64,000 nt of DNA from an uncultured Verrucomicrobiae bacterium (GTDB taxonomy: Bacteria; Verrucomicrobiota; Verrucomicrobiia; Chthoniobacterales; JAFAMB01). The stretch spans positions 327,030 through 391,029 of the forward strand of contig CAWEXO010000008.1 of assembly GCA_963813025.1 (NCBI GenBank), given 5' to 3'. Position numbers and translations under genes: made by a program. Below, piece after piece: positions 28,961 through 39,252 of this stretch. The notes beneath the pieces were generated by a model that was not told the DNA's origin, searched no databases, and saw only the letters and a list, made by a program, of their open reading frames with translations. Numbering within the stretch: the stretch's first letter is position 1; each line of letters opens with the position of its first letter.

Positions 28961-30096
28961 TGCAGCGACTTCCAATGTTTCCGCCATGCCTTAAAATCGG
29001 CCAGCGTGCCTTCGACCATTTTTTTCGCTGCGCTCTCCAACTCCGACGCCGATAGCTCGGCGACCGCTTTCCGCAATCCGTCGGGCTGACTGTATAAGAG
29101 GTGCACGCTGGCAGTTTCGAAACCCATCGCGCGGAAAAGGCGCCGTTGATCGATTGCCTCCAAGTTCTCCGGCGCGAGCTCCTGCAATTCGGAAATCTCG
29201 ATTCGGCCTGTCTCGGACAAAATTGGTCGAATTAACCAGTCGCCAGTCAGCTGGACATGCGGACTTGTCGGCCGCGCTGGGGAACCAAGGAAATCCATGA
29301 TGTGCAGCGGACCCGGAGCCTTGCCCTTTGCCCAAAGAAGCGCGGAAGCCGCGCAGGACTTGGCCTCCCGGGCGATTGGCCCGCCTTGCCACTCGGCGAA
29401 GGCAAAGATTCTCCGATGACCAAGACTGCCGAGACCCTTCGGTCTTGCTCCAGTTTTGGTGACTCGCAGCTGAACCTGCGCCCCTTTCGGAAAATGAGAG
29501 CGAAGTCTTGCGGCTGCTTCGGCCGGTAAATCAGTTTCCGACGAAGCAGGCTCGGTTCTATCCTGAAGCCAGTGGTCCCAGAAAACCTTTGGCTCTTTCA
29601 AGGCAGCGCGAGTAAGGCGGAGAAGCCAGGCATTTGTTTTTTCGAGAACAAATGGCTGGCCGCTGGTAGTCGACGCGCCCTTCCGATAGCCTCTCCAGAT
29701 CTCCCGGACTGCTTGAGAAAATGAAAGTCCTAGACCGGGAGCCCCTTTGCTCGCCAGTCTCACGCTTACGGCGATGCGAACAAGATCATTCGGAAAGGCG
29801 CAGATACCGGCTTCATCGAAATCATTGACTCCCCAAACCAGCCGTCCTTCTCGATCTCGCCAGGTGCCGAAGTTTTGGACGTGAAGATCACCAACTCCTT
29901 CGACTCGATGAAGTTTAGCCAGGTCGGCGCAATGCAGATTCCAGAGCTCGGCCCAGCGATAGAACGTGGCCCGAAAGAAAGCAAAAGGGTTGCTTGCCAT
30001 TTCCTGATGCTTAGCATCCAGGTCTGGCTGATAAAGCGCGATCTGTTGACTGACCCACGCTTCATAGGAAGCAGTGGCACTCACTATATCTTGCAT
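28954..30096 (-). CDS. DUF2252 family kinase-like protein
   Basis: MASNPFAFFRATFYRW, GDLHVQNFGTW, WGVNDFDEA, GLGSLGHRR. Confidence 0.85.
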   Translation of the reverse strand: MQDIVSATASYEAWVSQQIALYQPDLDAKHQEMASNPFAFFRATFYRWAELWNLHCADLAKLHRVEGVGDLHVQNFGTWRDREGRLVWGVNDFDEAGICAFPNDLVRIAVSVRLASKGAPGLGLSFSQAVREIWRGYRKGASTTSGQPFVLEKTNAWLLRLTRAALKEPKVFWDHWLQDRTEPASSETDLPAEAAARLRSHFPKGAQVQLRVTKTGARPKGLGSLGHRRIFAFAEWQGGPIAREAKSCAASALLWAKGKAPGPLHIMDFLGSPARPTSPHVQLTGDWLIRPILSETGRIEISELQELAPENLEAIDQRRLFRAMGFETASVHLLYSQPDGLRKAVAELSASELESAAKKMVEGTLADFKAWRKHWKSLHG

Positions 30097-30120
30097 TCCT
30101 TATTGTTGATAGAGACGGAA

Positions 30121-30684
30121 TCAGGGAATAGCTCGAGCAATCTGATCAGCCATGGTTCGCACAGCCTGCGACAGAAGCGCGGCCAAGCCGCCTTCATCGC
30201 CCAACGTCCAGCCGTTCAGCGAGATATTTGATACTCGGCTCACCAGGGGAACATCGCTCCCGGCGGGAAGAATCTGCCAGGTCGCGGACAATACGACTTG
30301 GCCATCGGCGTTTCCCTCGAACTGGATCAGGCGGATGTTCACGTCATACCGGTGCTCAGAGACCTGCGCGGAAGGTTGAAATCCGGTCGCCCCGATGCCC
30401 CGCGCGCGGAGTTCATCGGCTACCGCTCGAGCGATCCCCTGATCCAGAGGCTCAGCCCAACGTCCGGTGGTGGAGTAGTGTACCTGGTTGCCCTTTCCCA
30501 TGCTGGCGAGATTTGCTCGCGCAAGATAGGCCGGCACTTGAACACGACGAACAAAAACCGTATTCCGAGCAGAACGAACAACGGGAGCGTCGCCTGCCGG
30601 TGTCAGAACATAGAATTTCGCCAGGGGTTCTGTGGTCGCGCAGCCGATCAGCAACAAAGGTAGAAGGCACAGGCGTTTGCGCAT
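30121..30684 (-). CDS. PqiC-like ABC auxiliary lipoprotein
   Basis: Lipobox LIGC, FYVL, VPAYLAR, RWAEPLD. Confidence 0.88.
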   Translation of the reverse strand: MRKRLCLLPLLLIGCATTEPLAKFYVLTPAGDAPVVRSARNTVFVRRVQVPAYLARANLASMGKGNQVHYSTTGRWAEPLDQGIARAVADELRARGIGATGFQPSAQVSEHRYDVNIRLIQFEGNADGQVVLSATWQILPAGSDVPLVSRVSNISLNGWTLGDEGGLAALLSQAVRTMADQIARAIP

Positions 30685-30707
30685 GAATCGGGTCCGGCGA
30701 AGAGGTG

Positions 30708-31724
30708 CTACTGTTGGTTCTTCGCGGGCTTGCGACCAAAAAGGATTGAGTTGGGATTGCGTTCCAGGAATTCCGACAACCGCTGCAGCGCATCGGCCGC
30801 CGCGGCAATCTGGGAGAGCGTGCTGTCCAGTTGATAACGGAAACCGGAGGAAGGCTTCAGGAGCCGATTCAGCTCGGCGGTCGATGACTGAAGCGATTCC
30901 ATGCTCTTTTTCGCAGCCGCTAGAGTTGGATTGAGATTCTCGGAGATCGGATTAAGCTCGGTGTCCAATTTCTTCAGGGTCGCGGTGAGTTGATCGAACG
31001 ACTGACGAACACTCGTCAGAGTACCTTTGAGGTCCGGACCATTTACGAAGTTATTGAGACCTTCCGACGTTTTGGCCAGCGAGGCGCCAAGTTGATCCAA
31101 CTTCATTGCGTCGATCCCCTCCCGGGCGCTCACGATCAAACTCTCCAGGTCCTTTGAGAGAGCGAGAAAATCGACATTACCAATGTTGCCAATGGCTTTT
31201 GTCAGATTTCCGAGGATGGCCTCGATATCTGATGGCTGAACGGGAATTTCGAAATAGTTTTTCCCGGCAAGCAATTCCGGGTGCAAAATCGCCGGAGCCG
31301 GGTTCTTGTAGTAGTCTAATCCGAGATAAAGCTGACCGCTGATCAAACTCTCAAAGTCCAAACGAGCACGCAGCCCTGCCGCGATGCGCTTCTTATGCAA
31401 CTCCGGACTAAAGAGATCCACCTGCGCACCAAGACCTTTCACGACGAGCGTACTGTCGATCTGGTAAATCACTTGCACAAAGGATGGCTGACCTTCGCCG
31501 CGAAAACCCAGGAGAACTCGCGTAACTTTGCCGACGTTGACACCCTTGAATTTCACGTTTGACCCGACTTGTAAACCGCTCACGGACTGTTCGAAGAACG
31601 AAACATAATCCTGTTTTTTGGCGAACAAGTTAGTTGAGCCAAAAAAAACAATTGCGCCGATTGCGATGAGGATTGCCCCAAAGACAAATGCGCCGATCAA
31701 AGTAGGATTTGCCTTTTGACTCAT
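30708..31724 (-). CDS. MlaD/MCE family protein
   Basis: SVSGLQVGSNVKFKGVNVGKV, LERNPNSILFG. Confidence 0.9.
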   Translation of the reverse strand: MSQKANPTLIGAFVFGAILIAIGAIVFFGSTNLFAKKQDYVSFFEQSVSGLQVGSNVKFKGVNVGKVTRVLLGFRGEGQPSFVQVIYQIDSTLVVKGLGAQVDLFSPELHKKRIAAGLRARLDFESLISGQLYLGLDYYKNPAPAILHPELLAGKNYFEIPVQPSDIEAILGNLTKAIGNIGNVDFLALSKDLESLIVSAREGIDAMKLDQLGASLAKTSEGLNNFVNGPDLKGTLTSVRQSFDQLTATLKKLDTELNPISENLNPTLAAAKKSMESLQSSTAELNRLLKPSSGFRYQLDSTLSQIAAAADALQRLSEFLERNPNSILFGRKPAKNQQ

Positions 31725-32578
31725 CGCGAAATCGCCGTCTCCTCATCCTGTCTGCTTTGATCAGGGTGAGCAGCGTTCCGGTTCGTCGCCTCAGCCGAGT
31801 CATTGCCTTCTCCGCGCAGCAAGAATTCGCGGACTTTTGGATCACTCTGGCCTTCTTTCACCAGCTCGTGGGGATTACCCTGGGCAATCATTCGTTTGGT
31901 TTCGGCGTCAAGGAAGATGGAAGTATCGGCAATGGTAAAAATGGAAGCCAGTTCGTGAGTAACGACCACAATGGTTGTACCCAAACTATCGCGCAAACGA
32001 AGAATCAACTCATCCAATCTCCGGGAGTTAATCGGGTCAAGCCCAGCGGAAGGCTCATCAAAGAAAAGATAGGCTGGATCCAGGGCCATTGCCCGCGCCA
32101 GTCCCGCGCGTTTGCGCATTCCTCCGCTAATCTCCGATGGGTAAAAGTCTTCGAACCCTTTGAGTCCAACCAAAGCTAACTTCAAAGAAACGATCTCCCG
32201 GATCTCCGCGGCGTCCAACTTCGTGTACTGCTCGAGAGGCAAAGCGACATTTTCGGCCAGGGTTCGATCACTCCATAAGGCACCCCCCTGGTAAAGAACC
32301 CCAAAAGTCCGCTGAATCCGCTCGCGCTCCTCTTCGGAAGCCTTCGAGAAGCTCTCATCGTGATAGAGCACGTCTCCTTTTTCTACCTCTTTGAGTCCGA
32401 TCAAATACTTCAGGAGAGTGCTTTTACCACAGCCGCTCCCGCCCATAATAACCATCACCTGACCCGTCTTTACCTGAAAGCTGATATCGCGCATCAGGAT
32501 GAACGATCCATAGCCCATCTCGAGGTTTCGGACCTCAATCGCAGGACTTTCCTTACTATCCGTTTCCGGGTCTGGCAT
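31721..32578 (-). CDS. MlaF-like ABC ATP-binding protein
   Basis: GGSGCGKST, ISGGMRKRAGLARA, FFDEPSAGLDP. Confidence 0.92.
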   Translation of the reverse strand: MPDPETDSKESPAIEVRNLEMGYGSFILMRDISFQVKTGQVMVIMGGSGCGKSTLLKYLIGLKEVEKGDVLYHDESFSKASEEERERIQRTFGVLYQGGALWSDRTLAENVALPLEQYTKLDAAEIREIVSLKLALVGLKGFEDFYPSEISGGMRKRAGLARAMALDPAYLFFDEPSAGLDPINSRRLDELILRLRDSLGTTIVVVTHELASIFTIADTSIFLDAETKRMIAQGNPHELVKEGQSDPKVREFLLRGEGNDSAEATNRNAAHPDQSRQDEETAISR

Positions 32579-32613
32579 GAGCTTGCTGGGCAAAAAAACA
32601 ACGGTAGCACATT

Positions 32614-33774
32614 TTACAAATTACCCATTTGTTGGATCACATCGATCGCTGCGTCAGACGCAACGATCCAGGTGATCGCGAGAACCACCGCCGAGGTCGC
32701 CGCATTGCCCACGGCTGAGGCGTTGTTCCCACAGCTGATCCCGCGCTGACAGCCGGTCAACGCAACGATCACGCCGAAGACAGCGCTCTTAAATACTCCC
32801 GTTCCGATATCGACCAAGCCCATCGCGTCGAGGGTCTGATTCCAGTATTGAATCCAAGTCAAATTAAGTATTGAGGTACCGACCACCGCACCACCGATGA
32901 TGCCGATAAAAATCGAGTAAAGACAGAGGAGCGGCATCATGAAGAGAAGGGCAATCACTCGAGGCGCCACCAGGAAATCCAGCGGAGAGATGGCCAAGGT
33001 CCGCAAGGCATCGATCTCCTCCGAGACCTTCATACTGCCAATCTGCGCCGCAAAAGCGGCTCCGGTTCTGCCCGCCATGATCACCCCGGTCATGATCGCT
33101 CCCATTTCCCGCGCCATCGCCACCGCGACCAGATTGGCGACATAAATCCCGGCGCCGAACTGACGCAACTGCACCGCTCCAACAAAGGCGAGAATCAAAC
33201 CCGTCAGGAAACTGATCAGGCCAACGATGGGCAAGGCCTGAGCGCTGCATTCCTCCATGGTCAGCCAGAGAAGCCGCCAATCGAAAGCCGCACGACCCCG
33301 GAGAATCCGGCCGAAGCTCAGGATGCATTCACCCACGAACGATAGCGTAACTTGAATGCCGCCGGCCAACCCCAGCGTCGCGGCGCCTAGACGATAAAAA
33401 AGGGAGCGATTTCCCGGTGTTTTCTTTCCTGTCTGCTTCTCGGGGACGGCCTCCGAAAGCGCCATTAAACTCGTTATTTCGCGGGGCACGCCGGACTCGT
33501 TGAATTCCAAGTGATTCTGTTGGCACCAGTCCTTTAGTTTCGAAAGAACGATGAGCAGGCTGGTATCCCATTGACCAAGCTCAGAAAAATCAAGCCGGAG
33601 GGTCCGGGCGCCGTCCCGTTTATGCGCCACTTCCTTGAGCAGCTCGTTATCTCCAGTTCTTTGCTCGGTCTTTAAGATCCATTCTCCTTTGAAAGCGATA
33701 ATCAGATCGTTATTCTCCTGGCGAATCTCCGATTGCCGAGAGGAAGCCGATATTGCCGGAGAAGGAGCGCTCAT
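32614..33774 (-). CDS. MlaE-like ABC permease with an N-terminal STAS-like domain
   Basis: REMGAIMTGVIMAGRTGAAFAAQIGSMKVSEEIDAL. Confidence 0.92.
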   Translation of the reverse strand: MSAPSPAISASSRQSEIRQENNDLIIAFKGEWILKTEQRTGDNELLKEVAHKRDGARTLRLDFSELGQWDTSLLIVLSKLKDWCQQNHLEFNESGVPREITSLMALSEAVPEKQTGKKTPGNRSLFYRLGAATLGLAGGIQVTLSFVGECILSFGRILRGRAAFDWRLLWLTMEECSAQALPIVGLISFLTGLILAFVGAVQLRQFGAGIYVANLVAVAMAREMGAIMTGVIMAGRTGAAFAAQIGSMKVSEEIDALRTLAISPLDFLVAPRVIALLFMMPLLCLYSIFIGIIGGAVVGTSILNLTWIQYWNQTLDAMGLVDIGTGVFKSAVFGVIVALTGCQRGISCGNNASAVGNAATSAVVLAITWIVASDAAIDVIQQMGNL

Positions 33775-33899
33775 GTGGATTTGCTCATCGAACGGCTCAA
33801 GGACAAGAGCTTCCTGTAAGACCGAAATCAAGCAAGAGCTTACCATTCCGCACAGCCTGCATCGCTCGCAAATGGCGTAAACATTGCGAGCGATGCAGG

Positions 33900-35273
33900 C
33901 TAGCCCACTGCTTCTTTCTCTTCTTCTTCCTCTTTTTCCTCTTCCGGAAGTGTTACCATTCCCGTACTCGCGTTGAAATCCATCAGACCAGCATAGCGGC
34001 CCCAGGCAATCATCGTTTGCAGGATTTTTTCGGCATTCTCGTAAGGCAAGGCGTTCGCGATGTCTTTGAGAACGGTCTCGGCCTCGACTTCCTCCTGAAC
34101 CTCGAGATAAGCGAGAATAATGTGGAAGAGTCGAAGCTTTCGCACTTGTTCGGCAAAGATCGTTTTACGAGTTTGGCGGTCGGCATCGTAAAATTTCCGA
34201 CCGAGTTCGGTGAACTCCACCTCATCTTTTGGCGTGTTCACAAGCTCGAGAATCTCGGCCGCTTTCACAATGGCAATGGTCTCGCCGAAGTCTTTGCCGA
34301 TCTCATTAGAGATATCGTAAACGTTATTCTCGTCGGGTGAGTCATGGAGAATGCTGAGAAGACCGAGGATCTGGTTCACTCCCACCACGGGGATCGATTC
34401 CATCCGGGGACGGGCCCGGGAGATCGGACGGCCAGCAACGGCGACCTCGACCGGAATGTCAGGCAACGACGTCATCGTGATGGTCTCATGGATAATTTTC
34501 ATCAGCCGTTGGAAACCCGGATCATTCGGATGGCGTGGATAAGGCAAATCGTTCTTGAGGACTAAGCCAAGCCTGCCGGGATGAGGAAAGAGGATGCAGA
34601 TACGGGTCGCCATCTCCACGGCTTCTTCAATGTTGTGGGTGACCATGAAGATGCTTTTCAGCGGCGTACTTTCTTTTTGCCAGATGCTCAGCACTTCATG
34701 GCGCAAGCTTTCGGCCGTGAGGACGTCGAGTGCACTAAACGCCTCGTCCAGGCAAAGAATTTTCGGATCGGAAACAAGTGCCCGCGCCATGCCTACCCGC
34801 TGGCGCATCCCGCCCGAGATTTCTCGCGGATACGCCGTGTGGTAATTGTTGAGGCCAATCAGGTCGATTGCCTTTTCGACCGCTTCCGCCTTCTCGGCAC
34901 GCGTCATCCGGTTTGCCATGAGACCGACCGCAACATTTTGTTCTACGGTTAGCCAAGGATAGAGAGCAAAGGTTTGAAAGACGATGGAAGCATCTGGATT
35001 TATGCCGGTAAGCGGTTTGCCATAGCTCAACACCCGACCGCTCGTGGGTTTGGTCAGCCCGGTCAGACAACGCAACAGGGTCGACTTGCCTGACCCAGAC
35101 TGTCCAAGCAGCGCGAGCAACTCACCTTCGTGAATAGCCAGGTCAATCTGATCGAGCACCTTGAGTTCGCGACCGCCACCAACCGTAAATGATTTTGTTA
35201 CGTTACACAGCTCGGCGATGACTGGAGCGGCTATAACGTCAGGCCCAGCGCTGGGAGCAAGCTCAGTTTTCAC
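33900..35273 (-). CDS. NitT/TauT ABC ATP-binding protein with an AAA-associated C-terminal domain
   Basis: GQSGSGKST, ISGGMRQR, DEAFSALDVLTAE, WGRYAGL. Confidence 0.9.
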   Translation of the reverse strand: MKTELAPSAGPDVIAAPVIAELCNVTKSFTVGGGRELKVLDQIDLAIHEGELLALLGQSGSGKSTLLRCLTGLTKPTSGRVLSYGKPLTGINPDASIVFQTFALYPWLTVEQNVAVGLMANRMTRAEKAEAVEKAIDLIGLNNYHTAYPREISGGMRQRVGMARALVSDPKILCLDEAFSALDVLTAESLRHEVLSIWQKESTPLKSIFMVTHNIEEAVEMATRICILFPHPGRLGLVLKNDLPYPRHPNDPGFQRLMKIIHETITMTSLPDIPVEVAVAGRPISRARPRMESIPVVGVNQILGLLSILHDSPDENNVYDISNEIGKDFGETIAIVKAAEILELVNTPKDEVEFTELGRKFYDADRQTRKTIFAEQVRKLRLFHIILAYLEVQEEVEAETVLKDIANALPYENAEKILQTMIAWGRYAGLMDFNASTGMVTLPEEEKEEEEEKEAVG

Positions 35274-35278
35274 GTAGT

Positions 35279-37039
35279 TTAATCCAGGTGGAACCGTCTT
35301 TCGGCGTACGCATAGAGCGGCCGCCAAACTAGTTTGTTAATAATGACGACAAAAAGAGCCATAATTGCAGTTCCGCAGATCAAAGCCGGTATCCCAGTAC
35401 CACCCTCCTGGGCGCTCACTTCCGAGATGAAGGCTCCCAGCCCCGTCGCTCTCAGTGTCTTATCACCCCAAGTAGCGACTTCGGCCAGGATAGTCGCGTT
35501 CCAGGCGCCGCCTGCCGCCGTGCAAGCTCCGGTAATCCAAAATGGGAAGATCGCCGGTAGAATCAAAGTTTTCCACAGCGGCCAGCCCCTGAGCCCATAG
35601 GTTTTCGCGGCTTCCTTTAGGTCGTTCGGAATCGCCATCGCTCCGGCGATCACATTAAACAAGATGTACCACTGAGCTCCCATAGCAATCAGCAGAATGC
35701 AGCCCCAATTCATGTCGACGTTGTAGCGAATAAACAACCCAACGACTAGCGGGAAGGTCATATTTACCGGGAACGAGGCGAACATTTGAACCAGTGGTTG
35801 AGCGAACTGCGCCACGCGCTGCTTCGAACCAATCCAAACCCCGATCGGCGTCCAAATCAGGGTCGCAAAAACCGTCACTGCCAAGACTCTCAGCAGGGTC
35901 ACGAATCCGAGTCCCACAATCATTAAAATTTCCGCCACGGAGATGCGGCGGTAAACAGCATCGAACCCAGCCATGACCCCGAGAACACCTTCATAGAGAA
36001 GCCCTAGTAGCAGCACAACCCCAATTGTCTGCCGGACATAATTGCCAAGCTTGCTCGGCTTCCGCACTGTGTCTCGCCGCGCTGTAAGTTTCGCCTGAAG
36101 ATCAGCGTAGACTTCGCTGAGTGGGATCCATACGTGCTCCCCGATCCACTCAAAAACGTAAGCCCGTCGCAGTAAATTATAAAACCAAGAGGTGGGTGGG
36201 TGAGCTGATTCGGTCAACTCCATCTTAAATTTGTCAGCCCATACCAGTAGCGGACGCCATACGAGTTGATCGGTCGCCAAGATCACGGCAAGCATCGAAA
36301 TGATCGCCCAAAACGCGGCCCAGTTATCGCCCTTACTCACCGCGGTCGCCATGAAGGAACCCAAGCCAGGCAGCTCAATATTCTTGCCTAGGACGGTGAT
36401 CGCCTCGCTGGCGCTAACCGCAAACCACCCGGCGCCGAACGACATCATGCAATTCCAGATGAGGCTGTGCATCGAGGCCGGTACTTCGAGCTTTTGAAAA
36501 CGCTGGATAGCAGTGAGGCGGTAATTCGTGGCAGCTTCGTGCAAGTCTTGGGGAATCGTCACCATTGAATGATAGAATCCGAACGTCATGTTCCAGACCT
36601 GCGCAGTAAAAACCGTCACAATGCTCGCGCATTCCACTCCGAGCAGGCTTCCGGGAAAAAGCGATACAAAAAATGTCACGAAAATCGTGAGAAAACTGAG
36701 TACCGGAACGGACTGCATGATGTCCAGGAACGGGAGAATGATCGCGCGGGCAACTTTGTTCTTCGCTGCAGCGTATCCTACCGCAAAAGTGAAAATCAGT
36801 GAGAATCCAAACGCAATCCACATTCGGAATAAGGTCCGGCCAATGTAATAAGGGATATGCCGGATATGGGTGGATATTGAGAGTGTTTGTGATGTGGCAT
36901 CGAAATGCGCCATTGTCCCGGCTCCAAACTCGAGAATGCTCCAGAACAGACCCAAGACGCCGGCAAAAATCAGCAAATCGACCCAGTTAAACGAGCGTTT
37001 GCTATCGGCAGCACCAAGTTGGGTGGCAGTCGACTTCAT
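35279..37039 (-). CDS. NitT/TauT ABC permease (two membrane domains)
   Basis: LDIMQSVPVLSF, QVWNMTF, GAQWYILFNVIAGA, GGAWNA. Confidence 0.9.
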   Translation of the reverse strand: MKSTATQLGAADSKRSFNWVDLLIFAGVLGLFWSILEFGAGTMAHFDATSQTLSISTHIRHIPYYIGRTLFRMWIAFGFSLIFTFAVGYAAAKNKVARAIILPFLDIMQSVPVLSFLTIFVTFFVSLFPGSLLGVECASIVTVFTAQVWNMTFGFYHSMVTIPQDLHEAATNYRLTAIQRFQKLEVPASMHSLIWNCMMSFGAGWFAVSASEAITVLGKNIELPGLGSFMATAVSKGDNWAAFWAIISMLAVILATDQLVWRPLLVWADKFKMELTESAHPPTSWFYNLLRRAYVFEWIGEHVWIPLSEVYADLQAKLTARRDTVRKPSKLGNYVRQTIGVVLLLGLLYEGVLGVMAGFDAVYRRISVAEILMIVGLGFVTLLRVLAVTVFATLIWTPIGVWIGSKQRVAQFAQPLVQMFASFPVNMTFPLVVGLFIRYNVDMNWGCILLIAMGAQWYILFNVIAGAMAIPNDLKEAAKTYGLRGWPLWKTLILPAIFPFWITGACTAAGGAWNATILAEVATWGDKTLRATGLGAFISEVSAQEGGTGIPALICGTAIMALFVVIINKLVWRPLYAYAERRFHLD

Positions 37040-37190
37040 TTCTTGTCTTCTCCAATGGCGCCTCAAAAAAGGCAATGAGAAACCTCAGAGTTTCCGGAGC
37101 TCGTAGGTCCTACGAGTCCTCTGGGCTGCAACTAGCACTGGCACTGGTGCCGTCGGCCGTCGCACGCGCTTCCACCGCGCGCCTGTCCGA

Positions 37191-37961
37191 TTACTGCCCG
37201 AGCAAAACGATCTGCCCGCGAGGTGTTTCCGACCCACCGGCCGCTTCAACGCTTACCGCGAATTTGGCAGCAGAGCTGACTTGCTTCGCCGGTTGAAGAT
37301 TTACCCGCACATTGCCCTGATCAGAAACTGGGACAAGCCCGGCACTGACCGGCTGCGGCTGCGTTGGATCGATAATCCAGAGTTGATAGGTCTTACCCGG
37401 CTGCGCTGCCGGAAGACCACTGAACTGGATGATTCCCGAATGTTGTGCCGAGTTCCACACCGCGACGGCTCCCGTGTGGGCATACTGAGCCACCTGCGCT
37501 CGGAGCGTGGCGATGGTCAATTCCGAAAGCAAGTTGCGTTTCTTCAGCCGGTCGATCTCGTCCCGGGCGAGTGACTCTCGGGTTTGCCAGCTACCTAGTT
37601 CGTGTTTCAGCTTCGCGTTCTGGTCGGAAAGACTGGCCAAATCGGTTTTCATCCGGGCCCGATCCAGGAAAAGGATGATCGCTGCGAAAGCCAGACAAGC
37701 AGCTAAAGCCCACGGAAGAAACGAGACGAAAGAGCGTGCTGATCTCTTCGGGGGCGCGGTAATCCGCTCGGGCAAATAGCTCGGCGGTATAGCGGGAGGG
37801 ACGGCCAGAGAAAACGAGGCATAAGTCTCCTCCAGTTCACGAAGAAAGCTCTGCAAATCAGCGTCGCGGGCCAAATCGGCCTCGAAGCGGGCGGAGTCCT
37901 CGCCGGTGAGTTCTCCGAGAACATACCGTACCGCCAGTTCTTCTTGGGCTTCGTCTCTCAT
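37191..37961 (-). CDS. Anti-sigma factor, RskA family
   Basis: YVLGEL, one TM segment, YQLWII..PVSAG, FAVSVEAAGGS..P. Confidence 0.9.
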   Translation of the reverse strand: MRDEAQEELAVRYVLGELTGEDSARFEADLARDADLQSFLRELEETYASFSLAVPPAIPPSYLPERITAPPKRSARSFVSFLPWALAACLAFAAIILFLDRARMKTDLASLSDQNAKLKHELGSWQTRESLARDEIDRLKKRNLLSELTIATLRAQVAQYAHTGAVAVWNSAQHSGIIQFSGLPAAQPGKTYQLWIIDPTQPQPVSAGLVPVSDQGNVRVNLQPAKQVSSAAKFAVSVEAAGGSETPRGQIVLLGQ

Positions 37962-38524
37962 CGCGTGTCGTAAACAAATTCCCGCATCTTCAACAAGCCT
38001 CGGCGGATTCTCGCTTTCACGGTGCCGAGCGGTGTTTGCAAACGCTCGGCAACTTGCTCATGGGTTAACCCGCTAAAGAAAGCCAGCTCGAGTGCTTGCC
38101 TCTGTTCGGGAGCGATCTTCCCGAGAGCTTCGCGAATCTCTGCGCTCTGTTCGCGAAAAGCAGGTTCGTGTTCTGAGCGGTCGTCCAGTATCGTGAAGAA
38201 ACTCGTCTCGGTAACAACCTTCTCCCGCAGCTTTTCAATGCGAGCACGGCTGCGCAGCTTGTCGATCGCCTTGTTCCGGAGAATCATGACCGACCAGGCG
38301 AAAGCGCTGCTCCTATTCGGATCAAATCGAGAAGCACGCCGCCAAATATAGGTGAAGCCCTCTTGCAAGACGTCCTCGGCCTCTTTGGCATCATTCATCA
38401 TGCGCAGAGCCAAGCCGTAAAGAGCCGGGGCGAGCCGCGCATAATAGGTGGCAAACGCTCTTTCATCGCCGGCGGCAATTTGCCGCAGCAACTCGATCTG
38501 GTACTGGCTCTCTGCTTCTTCCAC
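37958..38524 (-). CDS. ECF sigma factor (SigK-like)
   Basis: AEDVLQEGF, RNKAID, GLTHEQVAERLQTPLGTVKARIRRG. Confidence 0.93.
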   Translation of the reverse strand: MEEAESQYQIELLRQIAAGDERAFATYYARLAPALYGLALRMMNDAKEAEDVLQEGFTYIWRRASRFDPNRSSAFAWSVMILRNKAIDKLRSRARIEKLREKVVTETSFFTILDDRSEHEPAFREQSAEIREALGKIAPEQRQALELAFFSGLTHEQVAERLQTPLGTVKARIRRGLLKMREFVYDTR

Positions 38525-38783
38525 CGCAGCGATGTTAATGATCTACCCCCCCGCATATCTTAAGTCCTGGCCGAGCGCTAGCCTATTTCTGTAAAAGTCA
38601 CGGGAAGGAGCGCGACTGCCGACAAAACAGAGAGGCAAGCAGCAAAACAGAACAAATCCTCGTTTGGTTAATTTCTTTGCAACGGTTCGGTAGAAGGGGC
38701 GCATGGCGCTGCTTCATTCCGAGTCAGCTGTAGATGCGCTCGTTGCGCTCCAACAGATGCGGCGACGCAGGCAAGGGCCGCCT

Positions 38784-39203
38784 CTACGGCAAAGCGAGAA
38801 CCACCGCTCCGGTCACGATCAATCCAGCGCCCAGAAGTTCCCGGGAACTCATCCTTTCGCCAAGAAAGACAAAAGCCAAGGCCATCGCGATAACCACGCT
38901 GAGCTTATCGATCGGAGCGACTTGGGACACCTCACCAAGTTGCAATGCACGAAAATAACAGAGCCATGACAAGCCGGTGGCAAGGCCTGACAAGATTAAG
39001 AACAACCAACTGCGCATCGAAATTGAGCTGACCTCCCCGGATCGCAGGCTTGCAAGAGCCACCAGCCAGGCAAAGACGAAGATTACCGTTGTACGGATCG
39101 CCGTCGCCAAGTTTGAGTTGATGCCGGCCACACCGACCTTGGCGAGAACCGCTGTCGCCCCAGCGAAGATAGCCGACAGAAAAGCCCACAAGAGCCATTG
39201 CAT
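38784..39203 (-). CDS. EamA family transporter
   Basis: LAKVGV..NSNLATAIRT, SWLCYFRAL, VAPIDKLS. Confidence 0.92.
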   Translation of the reverse strand: MQWLLWAFLSAIFAGATAVLAKVGVAGINSNLATAIRTTVIFVFAWLVALASLRSGEVSSISMRSWLFLILSGLATGLSWLCYFRALQLGEVSQVAPIDKLSVVIAMALAFVFLGERMSSRELLGAGLIVTGAVVLALP

Positions 39204-39252
39204 GTCGTACGCTTAGCCAAAGAATCTCGGCTGCCAAACGAGAAGAGCCCGG

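Noticed and set aside
33900..37039. ABC transporter lacking a substrate-binding protein as a novelty
   Set aside because: This two-gene NitT/TauT plus AAA-associated arrangement is a common known configuration
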